64,000 bases of DNA from Mobula birostris (Eukaryota), in the NCBI RefSeq assembly GCF_030028105.1, contig NC_092377.1, forward strand, positions 62,402,569 to 62,466,568, written 5' to 3'. A model generated the notes under the pieces. The model was not told the DNA's origin and searched no databases. It was given only the letters and a program-made list of their open reading frames with translations. This document shows positions 23,951 to 37,622 of this stretch, piece after piece. The position numbers and the translations under genes were made by a program. Position 1 is the first letter of the stretch. Every line of letters starts with the position of its first letter.

Positions 23951-26759
23951 GTGAGAAAGTCTCCAACAAATAAATATGTTGTAATTATTTTATTTATTAT
24001 AGGTACAGGGCCTAAATTGAAAGGCTTACATGTAAAGGTAATTCATTGGTAAGGTCTTTGAGAATGATGCACAGCAAAAGCTGTAATGCTGGGAGCCTCA
24101 GCAGGTCGAGCAGCATTAGTAGGAGTGAAACAGTTGACCTTTTGAGTCAACAACCAATCGTCAGAACTAAGAAAACGAGTGTGGTGAGCTGCAGAGAGCA
24201 GAGGGTATGTTAGGCTCAGACCTCCAACTTCATTTACGAGTACATCACAGATATCCTGTTGTCTCTACCCGTACCCCTGTTGGCAATGTATCTGTTTGTC
24301 TTCTCACTCTTCCTGTTGTGAGGAAGGATCCTGGGCCTGCAATGTTGATGGGCTTCATAAAGATCAGTCAAAGAATCAAAGGCTGAGGGAAGATATCATG
24401 GAGGTTTAAAACTTCAAAGTAATTGTATTTACACAAGATATTTGAAGGGGAAATTGGTAATAATACCTAAAATTTAGGTCTGCTGACTCCGCTTCTCTTG
24501 GCGTGGATAATGCCTCACCTGCTGAGCACTTCCAACATTCATTTATGAGATGGCCATTTCAGGCTTTTTGAGATGGTGAACATTCTCTGCATAACTGAAC
24601 TATACTGTTTGGAAATTAATGAATTTCAATCAACTGAAATGTGTCACGTGCAGTAAAATTCCACTAATCCAACACCCTTGCGACTTTTAGTGCCAGACTA
24701 ACAGATTTTCCAGGCTGTTCAGTGTAATGCCTCCCCAAACATGTTGTCTCACAGCTTTTATATATTGTACAATAAATTCTCTAGTGAATGCACTGAGTGT
24801 CTGGTTGAAAACTGACTGCTCAGGACCTCATCCCTGACTCTGTCCACACTTTAGACACTGACCCCAAACCAGTCTCCACCCCTGTTCTGGCCATATGAAC
24901 CACTTGCGCTCTAGATCCCCCATTTTCATTCCAGACATGAGCAGAATCCAAATTTATAGGTTTTCCAAACTGTCAGATGCTGTGTTATGGGAGTTTCATT
25001 TTGGCTTCCATGCATTTCAATTTGCTCTCTTCCAGAGGGTCTCTTGGTGATTTAGCTATAAACTCGATTGGGGAAGTTTGAATTCAGACTCTGCTTGCAG
25101 GGAGGCAGTTTAGTCCCATTGATTCTGGTATTTTCTGGATAGGAGGTGGAGATGATTTTAAAGTACACAAGGTGGAGACTATAGACTAAAGCAAAATGAT
25201 AATTGTGTAATCTCAAATATTTTAATCAAATTCAGTAACTGTTTTAAATTAGTGACTGCACTTTCCTATTTTCCTATCTGCTTTGATGATGGATTTTGAT
25301 TCTTTACTTAGAGAGAAGGGAAACATTAATAATACCTAAAATTTAGGTCTGTTGATTCAATGATGGACTTCATAAAGATCAGTGGAAGAATCAAAGGCCG
25401 AGAAAGGTTCATAAAACTATGAAGTAATCGTATTTACCCAAGATATTTGAAGTGGGTAGTAATAAAAGCAAAAGTATGCTTCTAGCTGTCAGAAAAGATT
25501 GCAGGAGGTATTTTTCCTCTGTTACATTATCAAAACACATCATTTGTAAATTTGATCAGAATAATTAAGCTTAACAGGTGAGATGAGGTGGCAGCTAGTG
25601 AAATAGGCCAGGGCCCTATTCAGTATTAATAATAAAATACAACATTTTAAAATAGTTAAATAATTACATATAAGTTTTTATGAAATAAACTGTACTTTTT
25701 CCATCCTTTGAAACTGCTTTATGGATTTGGTATTATGAAAGTTTCAAAAACTGGAACATAACATTAGGTAATAGAACAAATATTAAGTAGGGTAATAGCC
25801 TTTGACAATCTCATTTTTGTAGGCAACAGCACAAAAACTGTCTCTTTTAAAGCCTTTTTTTTAACTAAATGTGTAGCTATTGTTTAAATGTGTCACTGCC
25901 TTAAAACTAAACCAGAGCCACATTTGTTTTATTTTAAATTGTGTTTGTTAGCAGGTCACGATTCCATCTTGGTGTTCTGTTCAGGAGTCTGAATCGTGAT
26001 CTGAGGCTAATCACGTAATACAGATTGCAATCCGTTCACATCAGGCAGCTTCTCACTGTAGAGAGGGGAGTCTATTCATTGCAGAAACAAACTCTGTGCT
26101 CCAAATGACTGCATTGATATAATTTGAAAAAAATTAACAGTATGCGGTCTTCGAGAGCTTTGCACTTAATTATGTTGTTTTCATGTAGACTGTCCTGATA
26201 TGTTCTGTTTATATTTTAAAGTGAACAGATCTTCACGCTGAATTTATTATGATTCCACATAGAAGTTGTGGATTGTTTCCAATCTTTCTCCCTTTCATCT
26301 GGAGGTTTCTTAAAAACCTGCCATTTCATTTGTTTCCAACTTTGTGGACCATTAGCTCAGCTGAGAGTATGATGGACAAAGGTGATTGGTAGAACTTGAG
26401 CATGTATCAAAAGTTTCATGAGAAATTCTGCTCTAAGCTATATGGGCAATTATCAGCTCCATCCTAACAATTTGCTTGGCAATCTGGATGCAATCCCAGA
26501 ATAAGAACACCAGCGGAATTGGTAATAAGAGGGGTTGTTATTGCGTTATACAGTGAGGGATGCATTACTGACAGCTTGTCTCCACTGGGAATCTGACAGG
26601 AACCCTTGCCGTTCCTGATCCTATGCACAGCACAATCATTGTCAGCATTCTCATAGCGGTGAAATGTTTAAAAGAATTTCATTGCTGCCTGCCTTGGTGT
26701 AGGTTGAGCCACTGATAAGATACGTTGTGTAGTAACTGCATGTGAGGACTGGTGATAGA

Positions 26760-28340
26760 TGACACATCAAAGTTGCTGGTGAACGCAGCAGGCCAGGCAG
26801 CATCTCTAGGAAGAGGTACAGTTGACGCTTCGGGCCGAGACCCTTCGTCAGGACTAACTGAAGGAAGAGCTAGTAAGAGATTTGAAAGTGGGAGAGGGAG
26901 GGGGAGATCCAAAATGATAGGAGAAGACAGGAGGGGGAGGGATGGAGCCAAGAGCTGGACAGGTGATTGGCAAAGGGGTATGAGAGGATCATGGGACAGG
27001 AGGCCCAGGGAGAAGGAAAAGGGGGAGGGGGGGAAACCCAGAGGATGGGCAAGAGGTATAGTCAGAGGGACAGAGGGAGAAAAAGGAGAGAGAGAGAAAG
27101 AATGTGTGTATATAAATAAATAACGGAGGGGTACGAGGGGGAGGTGGGGCATTAGCAGAAGTTAGAGAAGTCAATGTTCATGCCATCAGGTTGGAGGCTA
27201 CCCAGACGGAATATAGGTGTTGTTCCTCCAACCTGAGTGTGGCTTCATCTTTACAGTAGAGGATGCCGTGGATAGACATGTCAGAATGGGAATGGGATGT
27301 GGAATTAAAATGTGTGGCCACTGGGAGATCTTGTTTTCTCTGGCGGACAGAGCATAGGTGTTCAGCAAAACGATCTCCCAGTCTGCATTGGGTCTCGCCA
27401 GTATATAGAAGGCCACATCGGGAGCACCAGATGCAGTGTATCACCCCAGCCGACTCACAGGTGAAGTGTCGCCTCGCCTGGAAGGACTGCCTGGGGCCCT
27501 GAATGGTGGTAAGGGAGGAAGTGTAAGGGCATGTGTAGCACTTGTTCCGCTTACAAGGATAAGTGCCGGAGGGAGATCAGTGGGGAAGGATGGGGGGGAC
27601 GAATGGACAAGGGAGTCGCATGGGGAGCGATCCCTGCGGAAAGCGGGGGGGTGGGGGGAGGGAAAGGTGTGCTTAGTGGTGGGATCCCGTTGGAGGTGGC
27701 GGAAGTCACGGAGAATAATATTTTGGACCTGGAAGCTGGTGGGGTGGTAGGTGAGGACCAGGGGAACTCTATTCCTAGTGGGGTGGCAGGAGGATGGAGT
27801 GAGAGCAGATGTACGTGAAATGGGGGAGATGCGTTTGACAGCAGAGTTGATGGTGGAGGAAGAGAAGCCCCTTTCTTTCAAAAAGGAGGACATCTCCCTC
27901 ATCCTGGAATGAAAAGCATCCTGAGAGCAGATGCGGTGGAGACGGAGGAATTGCGAGAAGGGAATGGCGTTTTTGCAAGAGGAATAGTCCAGATAGCTGT
28001 GAGAGTCAGTAGGCTTATAGTAGACATCAGTAGATAAGCTGTCTCCAGAGACAGAGACAGAAAGATCTAGAAAGGGGAGGGAGGTGTCGGAAATGGACCA
28101 GGTAAACTTGAGGGCAGGGTGAAAGTTAGAGGCAAAGTTAATGAAGTCAACGAGCTCAGCATGCGTGCAGGAAGCAGTGCCAATGCAGTCGTCAATGTAG
28201 CGAAGGAAAAGTGGGGGGCAGATACCAGAAGAGGTTTGGAACATAGATTGTTCCACAAAGCCAACAAAAAGGCAGGCATAGCTAGGACCCATACGGGTGC
28301 CCATAGCTACACATTTAGTTTAGAGGAAATGGGAGGAGCA
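26760..28340 (-). mobile_element. Relatively young 5'-truncated Penelope-like element
   Basis: ORF 27441-28304 GTRMGPSYACLF...RYIDDCIG...YYKPTDSHSYL; GIY-YIG IHCIWCSRCGLLYTGET; pLTR tail with hammerhead motif. Confidence 0.95.
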
Positions 28341-28486
28341 ACTGTTTCCTGTCTCCAGCAGTGATCTGTACTCAACACACAGGCCGGGATATACCCCTGA
28401 ACTGAGCATCACCGCACCCAACACCAGCCTACAGGGATTTCACGTTTTGGTTCCCACCACACTGAGCCATGTTTTAAAAAATTTGA

Positions 28487-28622
28487 TACTGATGAAGGGT
28501 CTCGACCTGAAATGTCGACTATTCACTCTTTTCCATTGGTGCTGCATGGCCTGTTGAGTTCCTCCAGCATGCTGTGTGTGTTGCTTTGGATTTCCAGTTA
28601 CTTCAGATTTTCTCACGCTTTT
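28487..28622 (+). mobile_element. Penelope-like pLTR tail, inverted relative to the 26760-28340 element
   Basis: ctgatgaagggtctcgacctgaaatgtcgact...gagttcctccagca. Confidence 0.8.
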
Positions 28623-29589
28623 GGTATTATTATGTCCAGATTGATGGACAAGTCTTGCATGAATTGTGCTTTTTTGTTTTCGTGGTCTTTGCATATTGTC
28701 TGTTAAATGCCATTCCGATGGATACACTAAAATGGCTTGGTTCGAGGCTCAGCTGGCTCTGAAGCACAAGCCTTCAAAATTACACTTGGGACGTCCTGAG
28801 GTCCCATGGTCATGCTGTATCCAATACTCTCAGTTTTCTGCTGTTGCGTAGGGTGAACTGAACTGGCGAAGGACTGACTTCGATTGTAGTGAGATGTCAG
28901 GAGTTTTATGGTTTGTAAGGACACAATATATTGGCTAAAATGTTTGCAAATGCTTGAGGTATGTTGATCGTAATTGCCTTCTAGGTTCCCTTCTTGTTCC
29001 GGTAAGTTGGCACGCTCAGATGCAATGGCCACTCCAGGTCCAATCAGAGGTGTATTTGTTTGCCTGTTACATTTTTTTGTGATCACAAGTCGCTGCTGGA
29101 TATTAAGAACATCAAGTACTACAGGACTGTCCTATCAGCGAGTTGTTTGATAGCAATGGAGCTGGACTTATTGTGAACCATTGTTGTGCTGTCGTCTGGA
29201 CTTGTGTACTGTTGGGCATTGGTCATGTAGAATACTGCAAGTCCGGTTTACTGGCGAGACTGACAGCAGGAGAGCTGTGGTGTCTCAGTTATGCCAAGAA
29301 CTAGGCCCTCCTGCCGTGGTGTCACCTGCCACACAGCATGATGGATGAGGAGGTGGTATGGGAGAGAGCAGAGGCCTTTGTGGGCTGCACTAGAATCCAT
29401 ACTGGGCTGGGGGTTGGCCCCTTCCATTGGTGCTGCCTTCTGGTGTTCACGTGGTAGAAGAACAAATTGGACCAGGACAACTTACCATCAGTCTACAGTC
29501 ATGCTACTTAGGAACTTGGGTTATCTTATTTTTTTCATGTGAGTGTTTTCTGAAATTGTAACCTTATGTGCAGTGTGCTGTTGATAAAG

Positions 29590-31108
29590 TGGAGAATGAT
29601 TTGTTTGAATTTAGAGGTTGGTGGAATGGGAGAAGAGGATCTGTTGAAATCTGTTCTTGTTTTGTTCCAGAGTAGAGGGGTTGAGAGCAGAGGTGCAGAA
29701 AAAGAATCAGCTGTTAGTCAAGGGTTTTGGTAACAAAGGCAGGGGAAGCCTTAATTCAGGAGGGAGGAAGCTATTTCATGGGCACCTCATGGAAAGTCTC
29801 ATTGGAACAATGAAGATGGAGGAACTGGGACTATGAAATAGTTACAGGAGGCAAGGTGGGACATGAGTAAACAAAATATCTGTGGGAGTTGGCGGGTCTA
29901 GAAAGGATATTAGGCAGCCTATTTTCTGAGATGTTGACACAGATTCAAATATTGACTCTGTGATGGTGAGAGCAGGATAGAGATTAGCACCAGAGATAAT
30001 GAAATTATTGAATTCTGTATGAGTACTGGAAGCAGTACCAATGCACTCAATATGCCAGAACAGGAATTAATGAAACCAAAGACTGTACCACATCTTCCAC
30101 AAACAGGTAGGCATAGCTTGGGGCTTGTGATAATGCAATTCATTTCTGATTGTGTTTGAACCAGATCATTTAAATTCCAGCACCTGAGATGATGATGTCC
30201 AAGCTCGGTCAAAGATCCAAACTTTTCTCCGTAACTTCCTCCATCTAGAATGGGATCCCACCACAAAGCACAACCCCCCCCCCCCCCACAACTTTCTACT
30301 TTCCACAGGGCTCACTCCCTATACAACTCGCTTGTCCATGCATCTCTCCTCAGTGATCTCTCTCCTGGCACTCATCCTTGCAAGTGAACAAGTGCTACAC
30401 CTGCCCCTACACCTCCGCCCTCAGGGCCAGCTGAGGCGACACTTCACCTGTGAGTCTGCTGGGGTCATATACTGTGTCTGATGCTCCCGGTGTGTCCTCC
30501 TGTATATCATTGAGACCCGATGTAAATTGGGAGACCGTTTCACTGAGCTCTGTCCACCAGAAGAAGCGGGTTCTCCCAGTGGCTATCCATTTTAATTCCA
30601 CTCCCATTCCTATATGTCAATCCATGGCCTTCTCTACTGTCGTGATGAGGCCACACTCAGGTTGGAGGAACAACACCTTGTAGTCTGTCTGGGTAGCCTC
30701 CAAACTGATGGCATGAATATAGGTTTCTTGAACTTCTGGTAATGGGGCCCCCCTCCCCCCACCTTCACCATTCCCCATCCTCTTTTCCCCTTCTCACCTT
30801 ATCTCCTTGCCTGCCATTGCCTACCCCGGTGCTTCTCTCTCACTTTTCTTTCTTCCCAGCCTTCTGTCCACTCCTATTCGACTCCCCCTTCTCCAGTCCT
30901 GTATCTTTTTCACCAATCAACTTCCCAGCTCTTAAGTAAATCTACTCCTCATCTTTTCTTCTCTAGTGCTGCTGAAGGGTCCCGGCCCAAAATGTTGACT
31001 GTACTCTTCTCCATCAATGCTGCCTGGCCTGCTGAGTTCCTCCAGCATTTTGTGTGTTTGCATGTGTGTTGCTTGGATTTCCAGTATCTGCAGATTTTCT
31101 CTTGTTTG
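29590..31108. mobile_element. Penelope-like remnants: minus-strand RT piece (29590-30190) and plus-strand GIY-YIG and tail (30220-31108)
   Basis: Similarity to the 26760-28340 element (HFTCES.GVIYC, PVAIHFNS, tail). Confidence 0.75.
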
Positions 31109-31328
31109 ATATCCAAACTTTTAGGGGATTTTATGTGGATTCACTAATCCAAATTAACTCTCTGGAAGATTTTTTTTTTAAACAGATTGCTGTTTTTGTG
31201 ACAGTGCAGTTATTAGTTGGTGACATGAACTCCATGATAGTGCAGACGTGAATTTTTGTCTGTAACTTGGTAACAGATGGTGATGATCACAATCTGAATA
31301 TGAATAACCTTCTTCCATTTTCAAAAAG

Positions 31329-31454
31329 AATCAACAAGTTGGGCAAATGGAGATGATGATCATATTGTTGCAAGAGCAGAGTATGATTTCACTGCTGGGA
31401 CAGAAGAAGAGCTCTCATTTCGTTCAGGTGATCTGCTCAACCTGGCACCTAAAG
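31329..31454 (+). CDS. PEX13: PEX13 exon 3 (SH3 domain, N-terminal half)
   Basis: ESTSWANGDDDHIVARAEYDFTAGTEEELSFRSGDLLNLAPK; 126 nt; donor G|gtgagt; not in the ORF track. Confidence 0.95.
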
Positions 31455-31974
31455 GTGAGTCATTTGACCATTTAACCAAAGTACCATAACAAAGTAAAAT
31501 GTATAATTTTTTTGGTATATTAACATTGGTGTTACCTACTAAAATTTATAAACTAAACTTGAAAAATAAAAGTTGCCATAATATAAAGTTTGAAAGTACT
31601 TGATGAATCTTTAGGAATTTATTTCCTAAGAAGTAAAATGCTGTTTAGTAGTTTAATGTTTTTAATTTCTTCATCTCTTCATAAAACTGAGAAAGAAAGC
31701 TAAATGTAAAAGTTTGAAGATTATTACAGACTAATTTTTAGAATTGTTTTCTTCCTTCCCAAAAACCAACCACTCACTTTGGGCAGGGAGCTGGATATTC
31801 ATACAGTACTTTAGAGCTGTCAAAATGCTGAGAAGGCTGAAAGTTATTTTCTATTTGACATTTGAAGAACACATCCATCAAGTTCTTTGTTACTGTATGA
31901 CCCAATCTAAATTGTTGTTTTACCTGAATTTGATACTGAGCCAAACATAATTCTTTTGCTTTCTTTCTTTTCAG

Positions 31975-32270
31975 AACAACAGCCAAAAGTGCGTGGGTGG
32001 TTGCTGGCCTGTTTGGATGGCCAAACAACTGGATTAGTGCCGGCTAATTATGTCAAAATTTTAGGTAAAAGGCGGGGCAGAAAGCAAGTGGAGCTGGAAA
32101 GCATTGCAAAGCAACAACCACAGAGACATGGTGATTCAACAGCTGCAGGAACCTCATTCAAGGAACAGCAGGCAGTCTTTGAATCTGCTTTTTCTGAAAC
32201 ATCAAAACAAAATATGGATTCTGGCACCATAGAATCTGTAAATACTGGGAAAGATATAATGAATGCCTGA
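31975..32270 (+). CDS. PEX13: PEX13 exon 4 (SH3 C-terminal half and C-terminus); total CDS 1185 nt = 394 aa
   Basis: EQQPKVRGWLLACLDGQTTGLVPANYVKILGKRRGRK...AVFESAF...stop; strong polypyrimidine acceptor. Confidence 0.97.
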
Positions 32271-35125
32271 AAATATAAATTTTAATATGGTTGATCTTTC
32301 CCTACCTGCCTTCTGCTGTATTAAATTCCATCCATAGGTTTTAAGCTTCTGGTGTACCATGCCTTTCATTCTCAATCTAGTAACATATTCTTTGATTAAA
32401 GAATTTGGAAAATTAATTTAAGTGTCACCACTATGTATCCTTTTCCTGATCTACGTGCACCAGATAAATAATGTACATGAGGACAAATACTTATTGGTTA
32501 GTAAAATTTTAATTTTGGCTTAAGATTTCCACAGCTCTGGGTTGACTGTCTAAATATGTTGTTTCTTTAGGGAGATATGGAATTGATTCAATTGGCAGTG
32601 GATTGTTACATTGGTATAAATCAAAGCTTACTGCTTGTGTAATATTTGAACACTCAGGGTTTATTGGTGTTTGTGTAATTAGTAATATTCCTGTAATTTT
32701 TGTAATACAGGTTGTGATGCACAGTCTATTGATTAAATTAACCAGATCATTAAACCACAATATCCATAAACTCAGAAGTTAAAATGGACATGGCGAACAT
32801 GCATTTTTAAGCTGTTGACAAAATGCAGAAGAGAAAATATTGTCTGAATTAATTAAATAACCATGAAATTTGTACTAAAATTTGGCAGAATATTGTGATT
32901 TATAGCAATGTTCCAACAAGAAGAAATTGTTGGTTAAGAAAACTTGTAGAATCTTCTTGTTTTCAAGGCTCATGATAAAGGCTGAAAGGTAGTGTAATGG
33001 AATGGATGTGACTAGATGTAAGTAGTAAATGATTAAATATAATTGTAAAATAATTAAAAATAATAGGGAAGTGCTTCTGAAAAATAATCAAGTTCTGCAA
33101 CTGGAGATCATTACATTGGAAGAGCAGAGGATGATTTCCCAGCTGGGTCACAAGAGATTTCATTCCTTTTGGTGATGTACTCATTCCATTAAAAACTGGT
33201 CTTTTCATGTCTACATGCAACTTGGGATTCATAACACAAACATTATTACTATATAATTAGTCAATAAAACTTGCAGAGTCTTGTTTACATTGTGGAAGTT
33301 TATACATATTTAATGTCTTGCCCTCCCATTTTATCATGTGTCAGAGCTCCATGCATTTTCAAAGGGATGATGAAAGTGCATTGCACAAAAGATGTGCAGC
33401 AGAGATAACATGGTCTTGTTAAATTAGGTCTGTGAGATGTTTAAATATGTATACATTTCATCTATATAACGTTATTCCCATCTTATTATCCCCATAATAC
33501 TAAACAAATATACCTGAACCCAATATGATGTGCATGTAGATTAGGAGGATCAGTGTTCTGATGTTACTGCAGCTGGGAATCTGTGATGGGATTGACCTCC
33601 AAGCTCTTGTGTTACTGTACAGGTGAACAATAGACGAAGATTCTGAGGCTTGGGTATGAAACTAAGAGGTAATTCTGATTACTGTTAAGATATTTGCCCA
33701 AAATTTTCACAAAAATAGACAGCTACTACACATGGAATTGGCAGAGTTAATTTCAAAACGTGAAAACTCTGGATCACCCTCAAACCTGTTAAGTCCGCTG
33801 CACTCCTAAACTTTTCATGAGTTTAGCACTGGAGTGTCAACTTGTTACAGTTTCTCATCAGTAATGCTTAGAAATATGCCAGCTGAATTTGTGGAATGTT
33901 GCAACCTCAATGATTATTGATTTCAATAGAGATGAACAGCTGCAAGGGTGTTGGTAACTGTTTTTGTGAATTGGGATCATTTAAATTATTATTGTGGCTT
34001 TTCTAGTGTCAAGTTTTTATCATAATTTTAAAGCTTGAAGGTCAGACATTCATGAAAGATGTTTTGTGGTTTTGACGGCTAATGGGAGTGTGGCATCTCC
34101 AGCTATAGGAACTTTTCTGTAGGATTTTTGATTTTGCAGTGGATGGTTGGTGAACTTCTGCAGGGAAATGTAATAGCCCTTGCTTAGTAAACAAAGTTGT
34201 GAAACAGTTGAAGACTTAGTAATTACTTGACCTGTTTTATCACATCATTTACTATTGCAGTTTTCAATTTGTCTTTTAATTGTGTAGTAGATGATCAAAG
34301 CATTTGATGTGAATACTTTTAACATTATTTCTCAGATACAAAGGTAACACAAAGTATAATTTTAACAAATTACTGGTTTTAAAAATAATACTTTTTCAAA
34401 AGATTTTCTTTGCTATCGTACAAGGCATACTACAGAAATGTTGAGGTATCTTTAGTTAAATTCCAGACAAATTCTGAACTTCATGAAAAATCTGTTAATG
34501 TACAAAATTATGGGTATTCTAAAAGTAAGTTTCATTAAAATGATCACCAAAGTATAAATGGAGTATGTTGTACAGTTTTTTGCCTGTATTTCAAATCCCT
34601 TAAATATCTTAATGATACGTCAACAGCTGCGTGCATTCGCTATTGTTGTGCTTTGAACTGATGTATTTGAGTGTTCAGTAATGCATGAGGGCAATTTATG
34701 CAGATTATCTAGAACCCATTTTGAGAACACATGCAATTATTTGTGTAATAAAAGTAATTTGCCACAAAAATAAGGGTCTTGTGAGTTACAAACTTTTAAA
34801 ATACACAGCTTCAATTTCATTTGCAGTCATTTCATTTTCTTTGACAATAAAAGTTTTTAAATTAGTGAAAAAGTCTATCATCTGCAAAGATGACAATATT
34901 GGGAATAATTTACAGTGCAAATTAGCTTCAGAACAATCAAACTCAAGTGGACAGTTAGATCATTTGAAGAATATGCATTTTCTTTGAAACTAAAATGTGT
35001 TTACTACAGTAATGTGAAATTTATAGAAGTAGAAATAACATGCATTTTGCATTCACAGGAAAGATCAATTTGAGTACTTGGTCATATTTAAAGTTATTGT
35101 ACAATGTACTAACATCAATAAAACT
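32271..35125 (+). other. PEX13: Probable long PEX13 3' UTR with alternative polyA signals
   Basis: AT-rich and largely free of recognisable TEs; AATAAA near 33263, 34746, 34846, 35117. Confidence 0.4.
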
Positions 35126-35759
35126 ATTTTCTCAGAAATATTATTGAAGATTATTTCAATAATGCTGTCACATGGTCATAATCACACAAAGGAGAATGTT
35201 CCAAAAACTTGTAATAATGGCAAGAGATTAAAATTTATTGTTAATACATGTTTTTGTTCTGTTTGAACTATTTTTGATATGGTAACGAACAATTAACCAC
35301 AACGATATTACCAATTTTTTTTGAGAAATGCAGAGATGTTACTCAAATCATTCTTCCTCATGCCAGAGGGAATTCAGAGATGACATTATAGTACACGTTA
35401 GTTCCTTCAGCCCTTCCTGTTAAATTTCTGACCATGTACCTTCCCTTCCTGATGTCTGTGTTGGCACTTCACTCCACCAATGCCTTATTTATTATTCGTC
35501 AATGTTTCTGCTGCCCCTCAGTTTGATTATTCTAATTCATTCCTCATCAGCCTTTCTCATTCACGTATGCAAGGGCAGACAGAACTCTAGAGCCCATATC
35601 CTAACTTGCAAGTCTTAATCACTCTGCTTCTTTACTTTGATTTGCATTTACCCTAATTCAGCAAGCCTCCACTTTGTAGTTTTCAATCTTTTATTCAGAT
35701 CCCTCAATGGCAGCTACTAATCTATAGTTAACTCATTGTGGTGCACAGATGTGGTTGTT

Positions 35760-36620
35760 CTGTCCCAGTCCTGTTCACCTGACCAGGAACATCTGGCATT
35801 AATTGTTATCTATTCTATCTGCCAAGGGAATTTTGGAGTTTTCCCACCGTCATTCTGGTCGTAGTTTACATTCCGCCCTGGCTAATGTCAGGCTGGCTCT
35901 GGTGGAACTGAGCACTGATCAGCGGTCATGAGACAGCACACCCTGTGCCATCCTGATTACTATGTGGGACTTCAACCAGGCCAGCTTTAAATCTTTGACC
36001 AACTAATATAATAAATGGTTGTGATGCTTCACTCCCTGATGAGTTGAACATCTATAATGCAAACTTTGAAACAAATAATAAAACTATCTCTGAAGAATCT
36101 GAAGACCCTGTGGTGTTTGTCTCAGAGGTATCAGCACATGGAAGAGGTTGACTCTCCCAAGGTGTCAGCCCCTCAATGGTGTACCTGACAGGGGTTTGAA
36201 AACTTGCACCGACCAACTGGCTGGAGTGTTCAGCAACATTTTCAGTCTCTCTCTGTTGCTTTTGGAGGTTATCACCTGCTTCAAAAGGGCATCAATCATA
36301 CCATTGTTCAAGAGCAGGGTGAGTTGCCTCAACAAATAATGCTCAGTTGCATTCACATCTGCTGTGATTTGAGAGGTTGTTCAAGAGAATTAATGTCTGC
36401 CTAAGCAAGGACATAGACCCGCTGAAATTTGCCTAGCACCACCATAATAGGTCTACAGCAGATGCAACCTCTCTGGCTCTCCACTCAGTCTTGAACCATC
36501 TGGGCAACAGCAATATTTACTACAGGGAGCTCATTCTAATCAACAAGATTCAAAACCTGCCTTAAAACAACAAATTTCACGACATAGGTTAGTGATATCA
36601 AACATGTTTCTGATTCTGTT
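35760..36620 (+). mobile_element. Degenerate Rex1/Babar-like LINE
   Basis: GDFNQA; LKTCTDQLAGVFSNIFSLSL...CFKRASIIP; ctgattctg tail. Confidence 0.75.
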
Positions 36621-37622
36621 ATCAAACGATGCTAAAAATGAATATTTTTAATCAACATCATCATGGCTCTTGCACTTGTCTATCTGCACTGCATTCTCGC
36701 TGTAACTGTAGTACTATATTCTGTACTTCCTTTCTATTTCCTTTTCTCCTATGGCCCATTCTCCTCTACTATCAGATTCTTTCTTCTCCTACCCTCTAGG
36801 CTTCTCATATCACCTTCCAGCTAGCCTTCTTTCCTTCTCCCCACTTTTTTATTCTGGTGTCTTCCTCCTTCTACAAATGGTATTTCAGTCCTGGAGAAGT
36901 GCCTCGGTCTGAATCGTCGACTGTTTATTCATTTCCATAGATGCTGCCTGACCACCTGAATTTCTCCAGTATTTTGTGTGTGTGTTACTTTATTCTGAAC
37001 TGTCTTTTTCACTGTCTTGATGAATTGTGTATGAATAATCTATCTGGTTAGTATGCAAAACAAAAAATGTTCTCTTTATCATTGTCACATTTACTGAGGT
37101 AAACCAATACCAGCAGTATTTGTAAACTTTGTCCAGTTCTACAATCATTCAAGATCTTTCTACTCTAATCCTGTCTTTTTAATCATTGATAAGTATCTCC
37201 ACCATAAGTGTCCATGCCTTCAGCTGCCAAATCTCTGATCTTTAGACCCTTCTGCCTCTTCATTTTAGAATGGTCCTTCAAGAATTAAATTTAAATTTGA
37301 ATCCTTTTTGGAGATATATATATGTATTTCTACAACACGCGTTCTAATAATGTTGATTATGGTGGAGTTGGGAGCTGTTCTCTTCCTTGTCTCTAACCTT
37401 GTCCACACTGCTGATTAGTCTTTAATCTTTTTTGGAGGCCTAGATTTGGGTTTTCTAAGTAACTGCCCTCAACAGCAAAACAAAAATTTGTGGTTTGAAC
37501 ATACCACTTGAATTTATAATTATAGAAGCTGCGTAAGATAATTTATGCATGTGATGTTTCAATGTATTTGCTGCAAACTGTTCAAAGCATTGGAAGGTTC
37601 AGTGTGGTTCATCATCTCTTCT

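Noticed and set aside
26679-27174. Pro/Ser/Leu-rich and Gly/Arg/Glu-rich ORFs
   Set aside because: Translation of the purine/pyrimidine-skewed Penelope 3' UTR
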